From positions 2,329 to 66,328 of the forward strand of contig CAVYQR010000006.1 in assembly GCA_963770795.1 (NCBI GenBank): a stretch of DNA of 64,000 nucleotides. The letters run 5' to 3'. Numbering within the stretch: position 1 is the stretch's first letter; each line of letters opens with the position of its first letter. Positions 9,551-19,163 of this stretch are shown in pieces. The DNA comes from an uncultured Chloroflexia bacterium. GTDB lineage: Bacteria > Chloroflexota > Limnocylindria > Limnocylindrales > CSP1-4. The notes beneath the pieces are model-generated. The model saw nothing but the letters and a program-made list of their open reading frames with translations. It ran no database searches and was not told the origin of the DNA. Position numbers and translations under genes: made by a program.

Positions 9551-10505
9551 ATGCGCACCCTGAAGGGCATCACCGCCCTCGCCCTCGTCGCCGCATTCGC
9601 CGCGGCCTGCACCGCGGCCATCGCCGACGCCCGTCACCGACCGAGGCGGCCACGCCCGGCCCAGCACGGCGCCCACGCGCCGCCCCCACGGCGGCGCCCC
9701 CACGGCGGACGCCTGCGCGCCGGAGAACCTCGCGCTCAAGACCGCCGGCACTCTCACCATCGGCGCCGACAACCCGGCCTACCCGCCGTACTTCGCCCAT
9801 CGCGAGGGCGGCAACACCGCGCCGTGGGAGGACTCGGACTACACCGGTGACCCGACGACCGGCGAGGGCTTCGAGAGCGCCGTCGCCTACGCGATCGCGG
9901 ACAAGCTCGGCATCGCCAGGGACAACGTGACCTGGACCGTCGTCCCGTTCACGAACTCGTTCGCCCCCGGCGCCAAGGACTTCGACTTCTACATCACCCA
10001 GGTCTCGTACAAGCCCGAACGGGCCGAGGCGGCCGACCTGTCCGAGGGCTACTACACGGTCCTCCAGTCCATCGTCGCTCTCAAGGACAGCCCGCTCGCA
10101 AAGGTGACCTCGATCGCCGATCTCGCCGGGTACACGTTCGGCGCCCAGGTCGGCACGACCAGCTACGACACGATCGTCAACACGATCAAGCCGACCAACG
10201 AGCCGCAGGTCTTCGACACCAACGATCTTGCGATCGAGGCGCTCAAGTCGGGTCAGATCGACGGGCTCGTGGTCGACCTTCCGACGGCCGATTTCGTCAC
10301 CAACGTCCAGGTGGACAACGCGGTCGCCGTGGGCAAGTTCGACACCGGCACTGCCGAGTACTTCTCGTTGGTCCTCGAGAAGGACAGCGCCCTGACCCCG
10401 TGCGTGAACGCGGCGATCATGGCGCTCAACGCGGATGGCACCTTCGCGGGGCTCGTCACCCAGTGGCTCCCGTTCCAGGACAGCGTCCCGGCGTTCCAGC
10501 CCTAG
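9551..10505 (+). CDS. Polar amino-acid ABC transporter substrate-binding lipoprotein (frameshifted near 9610-9700)
   Basis: Lipobox AAAC after a signal peptide; downstream frame gives LTIGADNPAYPPYF...GFESAVAYAIA...GAQVGTTS (SBP family 3). Confidence 0.85.
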
Positions 10506-10525
10506 GCGGAGACGGGTCCTGGCAC

Positions 10526-11428
10526 ATGGGCCTGAGCGGCGGCCCGTCCGATCGCGGCACCCGCACCCGGATGCCGCGGCGGGCGAGGCTGTCGCGGGCC
10601 CGCGACGAGGGCACACTGCGGTCGCTGACGATCACCATCGTCAGCACGGTCGTGTTCTTCGGCGTCCTCGGCTGGGTCATCGTCAACGCACCCGGCTGGG
10701 AGCAGGTCCGCGAGAAGTTCCTCTCGCCCCGGTACTTCGCGGAGGCGTTCGGCCTCATCGGCGGTGAGTTCGTCTGGGATCGCTCGATCCTCCGGTTCTT
10801 CGTCGTCAACATCCAGCTGTTCCTGATTGCCGAGGTCCTGATCCTGACCTTCGGCCTGGTGCTCGCGGTCCTGCGGAGCCTGCGTGGGCCTGTCTTCTTC
10901 CCGATCCGCTTCCTGTCGACCGTCTACGTCGACGTGTTTCGGGCCGTGCCGGGGATCCTCGTCATCTACATCCTGGGTTTCGGGATCCCCGGCCTCGGGA
11001 TCAAGGGCACCCCGACGGGCTTCCCCTGGGCGGTCGTCGCGCTGACGCTGATCTACTCGGCCTACGTGTCCGAGGTCTATCGCGCCGGTATCGACTCCAT
11101 CCATCCCAGCCAGGAGGCGGCCGCCCGGTCCCTGGGCCTGTCGCGGCTCCAGACGCTGCGCCACGTGATCATCCCGCAGGCCGTGCGCCGGGTGATCCCG
11201 CCGCTTCTCAACGACTTCATCGGGCTCCAGAAGGACACGGTGCTCGTGTCCTACATCGGCGTGGTGGAGATCTTCAGGGCGTCGCAGATCAAGGCCGCCG
11301 CGACCTTCAACTTCACGCCGTATGTGGCGACCGCGCTGGTGTTCATCGTGGTGACGATTCCGCTGGCACGGCTCACGGACTGGCTCGTCCAGCGTGACCG
11401 GAAGCGCGGCGCGGCCGGCGCACGATGA
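10526..11428 (+). CDS. Polar amino-acid ABC transporter permease
   Basis: YVDVFRAVP, SAYVSEVYRAGI, EAAARSLGLS (EAA loop), LQKDT. Confidence 0.95.
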   Translation: MGLSGGPSDRGTRTRMPRRARLSRARDEGTLRSLTITIVSTVVFFGVLGWVIVNAPGWEQVREKFLSPRYFAEAFGLIGGEFVWDRSILRFFVVNIQLFLIAEVLILTFGLVLAVLRSLRGPVFFPIRFLSTVYVDVFRAVPGILVIYILGFGIPGLGIKGTPTGFPWAVVALTLIYSAYVSEVYRAGIDSIHPSQEAAARSLGLSRLQTLRHVIIPQAVRRVIPPLLNDFIGLQKDTVLVSYIGVVEIFRASQIKAAATFNFTPYVATALVFIVVTIPLARLTDWLVQRDRKRGAAGAR

Positions 11429-12180
11429 CGACCTCCGCCCTCTCCATCCATGGCCTGCACAAGTCGTTCGGTGACCTCGAGGTTCTCCGCGGCATCGACC
11501 TCGAGGTTGCCGAGCACGAGGTCATCGCGCTCATCGGTGCCTCGGGGAGCGGCAAGTCCACGCTCCTGCGCTGCATCAACCTGATCGAGCCGATCGACGA
11601 GGGCCGCATCCTTATCGATGGCGCCGAGATCACCGCGCGCGGCGTGAAGGTCGACCTGATCCGCCGGCGGATCGGCATCGTGTTTCAGGCGTTCAACCTG
11701 TTCCCGCACATGAGCGTGCTGGACAACGTCACGCTCGCGCCGCGGAAGGTTCTGCGGCGGCCGGCCGCCGACGCGGATCTCGACGCGCGGGCGCTGCTGG
11801 AGCGCTTCGGCCTCGCCGAGAAGGCCGACGAGTTCCCGGACCGGCTCTCCGGCGGGCAGCAGCAGCGTGTGGCCATCGTGCGGGCCCTCGCGATGCAGCC
11901 GGATCTCCTCCTCCTGGACGAGGTCACGTCGGCCCTGGACCCGGAGCTGGTCGCGGAGGTCCTCAACGTGATCCGGGAACTGGCGGCCGGCGGCATGACG
12001 ATGCTGATCGCCACCCATGAGATGGCCTTTGCCCGGGACATCGCGAACAGGGTCTGCTTCCTGGATGCTGGCCGGATCCTGGAGCAGGGGACTCCGCAAC
12101 AGATCTTCGAGCAGCCCCGGGAGGCGCGGACGCGCCAGTTCCTGAACCGGATCATCGAGGCGGGGCGGCTGCAGGTCTGA
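11425..12180 (+). CDS. Polar amino-acid ABC transporter ATPase (GlnQ-like)
   Basis: GASGSGKST, LSGGQQQRVAI, LLLLDEVTSALDPE; ATGA overlap with the permease. Confidence 0.95.
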   Translation: MTTSALSIHGLHKSFGDLEVLRGIDLEVAEHEVIALIGASGSGKSTLLRCINLIEPIDEGRILIDGAEITARGVKVDLIRRRIGIVFQAFNLFPHMSVLDNVTLAPRKVLRRPAADADLDARALLERFGLAEKADEFPDRLSGGQQQRVAIVRALAMQPDLLLLDEVTSALDPELVAEVLNVIRELAAGGMTMLIATHEMAFARDIANRVCFLDAGRILEQGTPQQIFEQPREARTRQFLNRIIEAGRLQV

Positions 12181-12220
12181 ACGTCCCGTCCGGGTCGCAC
12201 GGCCCCGCGGCGTGGGTCGA

Positions 12221-12982
12221 TCAGCGGTCGAGCAGCGGACCTCGGCACGCGTCGACGAAGAACGAGAACAGCCGCTCGAAAGCCCTGGGCGTGGACTCCA
12301 CTCGCTCGGGATGGCATTGCACGGCCATCCGGAAGGGACCCTCCCGGTTCTCGAACGCCTCGACGAGATCCCCGGCCGGGCTGGGCGACCACGCTGCCGG
12401 CACGTAGCGCGGAGACAGGTCCGCCGCCCGGACCGCCTGGTGGTGGTAGCTGTTCACGGTCAGGACGTTGCCGCCCACGCCGGACGGAGACAGGATCCGC
12501 GCCAGCCGCGTCCCCGGGACCAGCCGAAGCGGGTGGGTGAGCGCCGGGCCGTGCCCCCAGCCGTGACCCACGTGCCCGTCCACGTGCTGCAGGAGCGAGC
12601 CGCCTCCGAAGATGTTCATCGCCTGGAGGCCGCGGCAGATGCCAAGGACCGGGATGCCGCGCGCGTCCGCGGAGGCCCAGGCGGCTGCCTCCAGCTCGTC
12701 CCGGTTCGGCATCATGCCCACAGAGCCCAGGTTCGCGGCCCCGTAGCGCCCGGGCTCGATGTCCGCGCCGCCGGTCAGCAGGAGCCCATCCATCGTCGCG
12801 AACGCTGCCGCGCGCTCCGATGCGGACGATGCCGGATCGAGCGCGATCACCGCGGCACCATGACGTGCCATCGAGTCCACGTACAGCGCGTTCTTGCGGA
12901 CGGCGATCGCGGGCTCCGCCTGGCTGGCGGCGTCCATGAGCGTGACGACGACCCGGGGCACAGGCCCGGCGGCAGGCGACAT
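12221..12982 (-). CDS. Peptidase C26 / gamma-glutamyl-GABA hydrolase-like class I glutamine amidotransferase
   Basis: DGLLLTGGADI, LGICRGLQ, VNSYHHQAV, VQCHPE catalytic motifs. Confidence 0.92.
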   Translation of the reverse strand: MSPAAGPVPRVVVTLMDAASQAEPAIAVRKNALYVDSMARHGAAVIALDPASSASERAAAFATMDGLLLTGGADIEPGRYGAANLGSVGMMPNRDELEAAAWASADARGIPVLGICRGLQAMNIFGGGSLLQHVDGHVGHGWGHGPALTHPLRLVPGTRLARILSPSGVGGNVLTVNSYHHQAVRAADLSPRYVPAAWSPSPAGDLVEAFENREGPFRMAVQCHPERVESTPRAFERLFSFFVDACRGPLLDR

Positions 12983-13037
12983 GCGCGGAAGGATACTCGG
13001 CCCCGGCTCCGGCCCCGGTCCGGCGCCTGACCCCGAG

Positions 13038-13553
13038 TCAGGCCCCGGAGCTCTCGTCCGGGAGCGGGCTCTCGGGCTCGTACTCCTCATCGTCGCTCGG
13101 CGCCGGCGTAACCTCCTCGCCACTCTCCCCATCGTCGAACGGGGGCACGTACTCCCGGCCGGGAAGGATCTGCAGCACCCAGCCGGCCTGGAGCAGGTCC
13201 GGCCGGTACCCCGCAGATTCCGGGTCCAGCGTGGGATACGTCGCCCGGTTCCAGTAGGCGATGCTCCGCCCGTCGGTCTGATGCTTCCGCGCGATCCCCA
13301 CCAGGGTGTCGCCGCGGACGACCGTGTAGGCCAGGAACGTCGGTTCGGGCGTGGGGGTGGGGGGTCCGGGCGTGGGGGTTGGCGTCGGTTCGAGCGTGGG
13401 CACTGGTGTTGGAGTCGGCGTCGGTTCGGGCGTGGGCCGCACGGACGCGGGCAGGCATCCGCCGAGCGCCACCAGGCAGGCAAGCACCAGGAGCCCGATG
13501 GCGGCCGGATGACGTCGAGAGCGCAGCCTCAGCGGGTGCACGCAAGCCTCCAT
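13038..13553 (-). CDS. LysM-domain lipoprotein with Pro/Thr linker
   Basis: Lipobox LGGC, PTPTP linker, YTVVRGDTLVGIARKH...LQAGWVLQI LysM. Confidence 0.85.
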   Translation of the reverse strand: MEACVHPLRLRSRRHPAAIGLLVLACLVALGGCLPASVRPTPEPTPTPTPVPTLEPTPTPTPGPPTPTPEPTFLAYTVVRGDTLVGIARKHQTDGRSIAYWNRATYPTLDPESAGYRPDLLQAGWVLQILPGREYVPPFDDGESGEEVTPAPSDDEEYEPESPLPDESSGA

Positions 13554-13593
13554 GGGCCCGAGTCTGACGCACCGCGAACTCTCGCGATCATCG

Positions 13594-16479
13594 TCAGGCA
13601 GGGACCGCCGTCGGGGGATCGACCGGGGTCGGCTCTGACAGGGTGAACTCTGCCGCGAGGGCCAGGCCTTCCTCGGCCGTCGCCACGCGCCCGCGACCCC
13701 GGCGCTTGGCCACGAAGCAGGCGCGGTCGGCGGCGAGCAGCACCTGCTCGGCGTCGAGGCCATCGCCCGGGAAGGAGGCCGTGCCGATGGACGCGGCGAT
13801 GTGTATCCCCTCGGCGGCCCACGGGGTCCCGGGCCCGCCCGCCGCCGCGACCGCCACCGCGACGCGCTCGGCGATCGACGCGAGCCCCGCGGCATCGCTG
13901 CGCGGCAGGATGACGACGAACTCGTCGCCGCCGTACCGGAACACGGCGTCGGTGTCGCGCGCGGTGCCCAGGATCGCCGTCGCGATCTCGCGCAGCAGCC
14001 GGTCGCCCGCCTGGTGTCCCAGGGAGTTGTTGACGGCGCTGAACTCGTCCAGGTCGATCATCACGAGGCCGAACGGCTCGCGGGACGCGACGCTCCGCGC
14101 CAGCCAGTCCTTGAAGGTGCCGTGATTGAGCAGCCCCGTGAGGTTGTCGGTGCGGGCCCGGACCTCGGCCGCGTGGAAGATCTCCGCGTTGCGCAGCGCG
14201 ATGGACACCTGCGCCGCGAACAGCTTGACGAGCTCGAACTCCTCCTCGTCAAACCGGACGGCCGTCCCGAGGCGCTCCAGGGTGAGGACGCCGACGGCCC
14301 CGGATGGTCCGAGGAGCGGGACGACGATCAGGCTCCCATCGATCTCTCCCGTGGCCCGGAAGTGGTTCACGCGAGGGTCGGTCCGCTCATCCTCGATCAG
14401 GACGGGCTCGTTGTGGTCCACGACCCACGTGGCGACGCCCACCTCGCCCGGCTCCCACGGCACCAGGTACTCGTCTGCGTGGATGCCGCGCGCGGTCAGC
14501 GGCACGAGCAGGCCGGTGGGCCGCTCCACCACCTCGATCGCGATGTTGTCGCACTGGATGAGCGAGCCCAGCCGGTCCGTGATCTGCTCCAGCACCGCTC
14601 GCTGGTCGAGCGTGGTCAGGATCGACTCAGTCGTCCTCAGGAGCTCGCGCTGGGCGCGGAGCCGGCGCTCCAGGGCACTGGACTGCTCGCGTAGCCGTGC
14701 CGTGGAGTCGGCGTTGGCCATGGCCTGGCCGGCGAACGAGGCGTAGATCACCAGCAGCCGGAGGTCGTCCTCGGTGAACTGGCGGAGACCCTGCCTGGAC
14801 AGCACGACCACGCCGAGGCACACGCCCTCGTGGACCATCGGCGCCAGGAGCATCGATTCGTCGGCGTCCGCGTCCGTGCCGGGGATCGTGATTGCCCTGG
14901 GGTCGTTGGCCGTGTCGTCCACCAGCTGCGGCACGCGGAAGCGGGCGACCCATCCCGTGATCCCCTCGCCCACGGCGACGACCAGGCTTTCGGCCTTCTC
15001 GTCGGAGTAGAGGTCGCCGTGACCCAGCATCGCGACGGGGACCAGGTCCTGGTCGCGGACCCGGTAGACGCGGACGTTCTCGTAGTCGATGAGCTGCCGG
15101 AGCTCGGTTGCGATGGTGTGACCGATCGCGCCGACCTCGTTGAGGCCCGAGAGCCGCCCTCCGAGACGCTGGATCGACTGGAGCTGGGCCGCCCACGCAG
15201 CCATCCGCCCGAAGGTACGGGCAGACCTCACCGCGACAGCCGCGTCGCTCGCCAGAGCCTCCGCCGCGTCGATGTCCACCTCGCCCCAGCGGTGGGTCCG
15301 CACATGTCCGAGGTACAGCATGCCGTGGAGTTCATTGCCGTCCACCAGCGGTGCCGCGACCAGCGATTCCACGCCCTCCTGGAGTGCCGCTGCACGCACC
15401 GGGCCACCGCGCCGCGCGGCCTCCGCGCCAAGCAGCACGACCGGGCGGCGTGCGGGGATCTCCCGCTGGCCGTAACGGGCCTCCTCGACACCGCGGGCGA
15501 GCTCCAGAAAGGACTCCGAGAACCCGACGCTCCCGGGCGACGAGACGCGGCCCTCGGGGTCCCGCAGGATCACGGCGACGTGGTCCGCGCCGAACAGGAC
15601 GCGGGCGTGATCGGCGAGGTCCCGGACGACGTCGCCCACGTCCAGCCTCGACGCGAGGTCCGTGGCGACCCGGCGCAGAGCCTCCGAACGGCGGAGCCGT
15701 CCCGACGCCTGCTCGGCTGCGGTCGCGCCGCGGACCAGGACCCCGAGGGTCCGCGCGATCGCCCCGGCCAGCCGATGACCGTCGTCGTCGCCCAGCTGCA
15801 TGGCACCGGCCAGGACGAGCACGCCCCACGCCGCCTCGCCACCGGGGATCCGGATGACCAGTTCGTCCGTGCCCATGCCCAGCACGGGCGCGGGGCCCTC
15901 GGTACCGGGTCGAGCGTGGATCGGGGTGGGTGACTCGAGGGCGAGCGTGAGCAGGTTGCGACCGGGCCTCACGGTCCGGATCGCGGTTATGCCGGCACCC
16001 TCGACGTCCGTCGAACGCGGCACCAACCCTCCGGGCCGCCGCTCCCAGATCCCGACCAGCGCCGCGCCCGTGGCCTGGCGGATGTGCCTGCAGGCCTCGT
16101 CCAGGGCTGGGTCCAGCCCGGACGGGAACGACGCGATTTCGGCCAGATCGGCCAGCAGGTCGAGGCCCGCGGGAGAGTCCGTGAGCATCGTGGCGGCCGG
16201 GGCGCCCCGGCGAGACCCCCTGGACGGCGCCTGCCCCGCCTCGGGGACCTGCGCGCCGACCGTGGCGGCCGTCAGGAACCGCTGGAGGTCGGCCTGGCGG
16301 TACCGCCGATCGCCGCGGTCGTTGATCCGGTAGTAGCGAAGTCGGCCCGCGTCGCTCCACGCCCTGACCGTGTTCGGGTGCACGCCGAGAACGCGCGCCG
16401 CCTTCATGACCGAGAGCGTCGCATCCCCGGGGCGAGGGGCCCTGGTGGTCGGTGGAAGCATGGAGGATTTGGGAAGCAT
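13594..16479 (-). CDS. Diguanylate cyclase with N-terminal MerR/excisionase-type HTH and multiple GAF domains
   Basis: LSVMKAARVLGVHPNTVRAWSDAG...GDRRY HTH; about four GAF-like blocks; DNLTGLLN and RDTD-x5-GGDEF. Confidence 0.92.
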   Translation of the reverse strand: MLPKSSMLPPTTRAPRPGDATLSVMKAARVLGVHPNTVRAWSDAGRLRYYRINDRGDRRYRQADLQRFLTAATVGAQVPEAGQAPSRGSRRGAPAATMLTDSPAGLDLLADLAEIASFPSGLDPALDEACRHIRQATGAALVGIWERRPGGLVPRSTDVEGAGITAIRTVRPGRNLLTLALESPTPIHARPGTEGPAPVLGMGTDELVIRIPGGEAAWGVLVLAGAMQLGDDDGHRLAGAIARTLGVLVRGATAAEQASGRLRRSEALRRVATDLASRLDVGDVVRDLADHARVLFGADHVAVILRDPEGRVSSPGSVGFSESFLELARGVEEARYGQREIPARRPVVLLGAEAARRGGPVRAAALQEGVESLVAAPLVDGNELHGMLYLGHVRTHRWGEVDIDAAEALASDAAVAVRSARTFGRMAAWAAQLQSIQRLGGRLSGLNEVGAIGHTIATELRQLIDYENVRVYRVRDQDLVPVAMLGHGDLYSDEKAESLVVAVGEGITGWVARFRVPQLVDDTANDPRAITIPGTDADADESMLLAPMVHEGVCLGVVVLSRQGLRQFTEDDLRLLVIYASFAGQAMANADSTARLREQSSALERRLRAQRELLRTTESILTTLDQRAVLEQITDRLGSLIQCDNIAIEVVERPTGLLVPLTARGIHADEYLVPWEPGEVGVATWVVDHNEPVLIEDERTDPRVNHFRATGEIDGSLIVVPLLGPSGAVGVLTLERLGTAVRFDEEEFELVKLFAAQVSIALRNAEIFHAAEVRARTDNLTGLLNHGTFKDWLARSVASREPFGLVMIDLDEFSAVNNSLGHQAGDRLLREIATAILGTARDTDAVFRYGGDEFVVILPRSDAAGLASIAERVAVAVAAAGGPGTPWAAEGIHIAASIGTASFPGDGLDAEQVLLAADRACFVAKRRGRGRVATAEEGLALAAEFTLSEPTPVDPPTAVPA

Positions 16480-16603
16480 GATGGGTGCACCGAAGGTTCC
16501 ACGACTTCACAGGAGTTGCCAATAGGTCAATGTTCTCATCCAGGTGGATGACGCGACCCGGCAACCCGATCACGGTGCCCCGGCGGCTTCGCCCCGCCAG
16601 GCA

Positions 16604-16945
16604 TCAGCTGCTGGGGCGCGACTCGCGGGGGCCGTCCGTCAATCGGACGTAGAGGAGCGAGACCACGAGGCTTGCGACGGCGATCCCGGCGACCAGCACG
16701 ATTGCCGCCACCGGATCGCCCACCAGGCCCGGACCCTGGCCGCTGCTCCGCGGATCGCCGCCAGCGGCGGCCGTCGGCGCCGGCGATCCGGCGAGAGCGA
16801 TGGCGGCGGATCCGAACAGGGGGAGGACGAGCCCGGAGACGAGCACTGAGGCAAGACCGAGGACCGCGACGATGACCGCGGTCCGGCGACGTGCCGCCGG
16901 CATCAACCGTCGCATGCCAGCCCACGGGCGACGCCCCCCGCTCAC
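16604..16945 (-). CDS. Small hypothetical membrane protein
   Basis: Two hydrophobic helices; starts 1 nt after the upstream gene's stop. Confidence 0.6.
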   Translation of the reverse strand: MSGGRRPWAGMRRLMPAARRRTAVIVAVLGLASVLVSGLVLPLFGSAAIALAGSPAPTAAAGGDPRSSGQGPGLVGDPVAAIVLVAGIAVASLVVSLLYVRLTDGPRESRPSS

Positions 16946-16946
16946 G

Positions 16947-17663
16947 TCAGGCCACCGCGTCCACGACGGCCCAGAGCAGGCCGGCGATCATCATCAGCGA
17001 GCCCCCGGCGAGGAGTGCGGAGATCGCGATCGTGGTGCCCCGACGCCCGCCCGCCAGGAGGCGCATCGCCTCCGCCGGCTCGAGCGTCGTGAGCACGAGC
17101 GGCCGACCGAGGCCGGGCCGCAGGATGGGGCCGCGCTCGGGGTCGATGGACGGCACGCCCAGGACCAGCGCGTGATCGACGGAGCTCAGGTGCTCCACTC
17201 GGAGGCGAACCGGCGTCGCCGGGTCCGTGCCGGGCGGCACGCGGTCCGGGATCTCCCCCGCGGTGCCCTCGGACTCGCGCGTCATCACGACCAGTCCCTC
17301 GCCCAGGGCATCGGCGTCGACTGCCATCGCCTCCAGGCCGCCCGCAATCTCGAACGGCACGACCTCCCGGCGGTCCTCGACAGCCGTCCATCCCGATCCC
17401 CGGTGCAGCTCCAGCCGCGTGCGCCGGAAGACCAATGGCCGCCCGGACTCGTCCTCGAACTCCTGGGCGGAGCCGATCCGGCCGCCCACGGCGACGTACC
17501 GGCGAGCGCCCTGCTCCGCCAGCTCGATCGCGCGGGCCACGGGGACGACCGGGGTGGCGGCCAGGATCCGCCCGACCCTGGCCCCAGGTCCAAGCCTGCG
17601 CATGAGCAGCCACCCGGCGGCGAGCGCGACGATCCCGGCGAGGATCGGGAGCAGGGGGGTCAC
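16947..17663 (-). CDS. Hypothetical membrane protein (N- and C-terminal TM helices)
   Basis: Plausible coding composition; TATCAT -10 box 6 nt before the GTG. Confidence 0.7.
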   Translation of the reverse strand: MTPLLPILAGIVALAAGWLLMRRLGPGARVGRILAATPVVPVARAIELAEQGARRYVAVGGRIGSAQEFEDESGRPLVFRRTRLELHRGSGWTAVEDRREVVPFEIAGGLEAMAVDADALGEGLVVMTRESEGTAGEIPDRVPPGTDPATPVRLRVEHLSSVDHALVLGVPSIDPERGPILRPGLGRPLVLTTLEPAEAMRLLAGGRRGTTIAISALLAGGSLMMIAGLLWAVVDAVA

Positions 17664-17689
17664 CCGGCGATGATAGCCGCCGCGGCGGC

Positions 17690-17834
17690 CTGCACCCGGA
17701 CGGCGGTGACAGCCGCCGGGGCTCCGTGCACCCGGGGGAGGGTCAGCACGGAATCAAGAGCCCGAAGGAACCTACTCGACGCGTGGGCGTTGATGTCATC
17801 GCCGCCGCTAGCATCGCTCAGCACCTTCGGGCCA
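17690..17834 (-). ncRNA. Candidate structured non-coding RNA
   Basis: Downstream of a consensus-like promoter; closing stem GGCCCGAAGG/CCTTCGGGCT, then hairpin TCCGTGC..ACCC-TCCCCC-GGGT-GCACGGA, then a GC hairpin; 3' end approximate. Confidence 0.5.
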
Positions 17835-17840
17835 CCGTCA

Positions 17841-17869
17841 ACGCTACGCGGGGCCCAGGGTCCGGTCAA
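17841..17869 (-). promoter_or_regulatory. Sigma70-type promoter TTGACC-N17-TAGCGT
   Basis: Plus strand ggtcaa at 17864-17869 and acgcta at 17841-17846, 17-nt spacer. Confidence 0.7.
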
Positions 17870-17936
17870 TCCACTTATCCACCCCGATCTGCCCGATCGC
17901 GGACAGTTGTCCACCGTGCTTCCACCGCGACGGTCG

Positions 17937-18509
17937 TCAGGCGATCGCACGCCCTGTCCGTGGATCGAGTGCCCGGACCTGCCCGGAGAAGCTCGTGAGG
18001 ACCAGGTGGCCGCCGACCAGCTCGGCCGCAGCCACCACGTCCGAGTGGGCCACGCGCCACGCGACCTCGCCGTCGGCCTCCAGCGCGAAGGTTTCGATCT
18101 CCGCCTGGAGGAGCACGTGCGGCAGGCGCGACGATCCGAGGATCGCCACGATCGGCGAAGCCGAGCGGTGATTCCACCGCAGCGCGCCCGTGCGCGCCTC
18201 GAACCCATAGGCATGGAACCCGTACACGATCACGAGGAGGCCCTCGGTGTCCCACAGGAGCCCCACGGGTTCGTCGCTGATCGTGGACGCGAGGCGCGCG
18301 GTCCAGGGGCCGGTCGGTGTCTCCACGCGCACCTCGGCGCGGCACCGGAGGTCCGGGTCCGGTCCAGACACCTCGCCGTGATCCACCAGCGGCCCGCCCT
18401 GCTCGGTGAGCGCGAAGACGGCGGCCCCCTGGCCGCTGCCGGACCACCGGAAGCTCGCCCGCAGCCCGCCGGGGAATGACACCACCGCACGACGCGGCTC
18501 GATCGTCAT
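17937..18509 (-). CDS. Hypothetical protein with PQQ-like beta-propeller repeats
   Basis: YGFEARTGALRW, FALEADGEVAW, RALDPRTGR repeats. Confidence 0.7.
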   Translation of the reverse strand: MTIEPRRAVVSFPGGLRASFRWSGSGQGAAVFALTEQGGPLVDHGEVSGPDPDLRCRAEVRVETPTGPWTARLASTISDEPVGLLWDTEGLLVIVYGFHAYGFEARTGALRWNHRSASPIVAILGSSRLPHVLLQAEIETFALEADGEVAWRVAHSDVVAAAELVGGHLVLTSFSGQVRALDPRTGRAIA

Positions 18510-18525
18510 GCGAGGACGCGCCTGG

Positions 18526-19101
18526 TCAGGCGCCGGCGTCCTGCAGCGCGGCGGAAGGTTGGGCGGGACCCGATCCCTCGGCCAGGACGTCCGCCTGCCT
18601 CCGCTCCTCACAGATCGGTGCGACATGCGCGTTCGACAGCATGCGCAGGGTGGCGGGCGGGACCGGGAACACGGCCGTCGGCGTACCCGCTGCGGCCCAC
18701 ACGACCTGGAAGCGCCCGAGAGCCGGATCCATGATGACGCGCATGACCCGTCCATGACCGATGGGCGGGATGCCGCCGATCGTGAAGCCCGTCAGCTCCC
18801 GCGCTTCGTTGGCGTTGGCGCGGCGGATGTCGGGGGCGCCGGTGACAGCAGCCAGGCGGGCGAGATCCACGCGGTTGGGACCGGAGACGAGGCACAGGAA
18901 CGGTTCCAGGGTGCCACCATCGGTCGGAGCCACGAAGACCAGCGACTTGACGATCTGGCCGAGCTCCGCGCCCACGGCCTCGGCAGCCTCTTCCGCGGTA
19001 TGCGTCGACTCGGCGAAGACGTGCACGTCGAGGGTCACGCCCTTGCGGGCAGCGGCGTCCACGACGCTCTGGATCGGAGCGGGGAAGGAGGTGTCCGGCA
19101 C
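18526..19101 (-). CDS. YbaK/EbsC-family aminoacyl-tRNA deacylase
   Basis: THTAEEAAEAVG, QIVKSLVF, TGFTIGGIPPIGH, VWAAAGTP. Confidence 0.93.
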   Translation of the reverse strand: MPDTSFPAPIQSVVDAAARKGVTLDVHVFAESTHTAEEAAEAVGAELGQIVKSLVFVAPTDGGTLEPFLCLVSGPNRVDLARLAAVTGAPDIRRANANEARELTGFTIGGIPPIGHGRVMRVIMDPALGRFQVVWAAAGTPTAVFPVPPATLRMLSNAHVAPICEERRQADVLAEGSGPAQPSAALQDAGA

Positions 19102-19163
19102 GGCGGCGAGTCTACACGACGCGCGCCCGAAACCATCGCCGGCGACCGGGTACGATCGGGCCC

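Noticed and set aside
17760-17834. Hammerhead ribozyme reading of the structured RNA (CTGAGCGA)
   Set aside because: No GAAA core segment or cleavage triplet in the required positions
17876-17927. DnaA-box-like words (ttatccacc, ttgtccacc) suggesting oriC
   Set aside because: Only two or three imperfect boxes, with no AT-rich unwinding element or dnaA nearby; at most a regulatory site for the adjacent promoter
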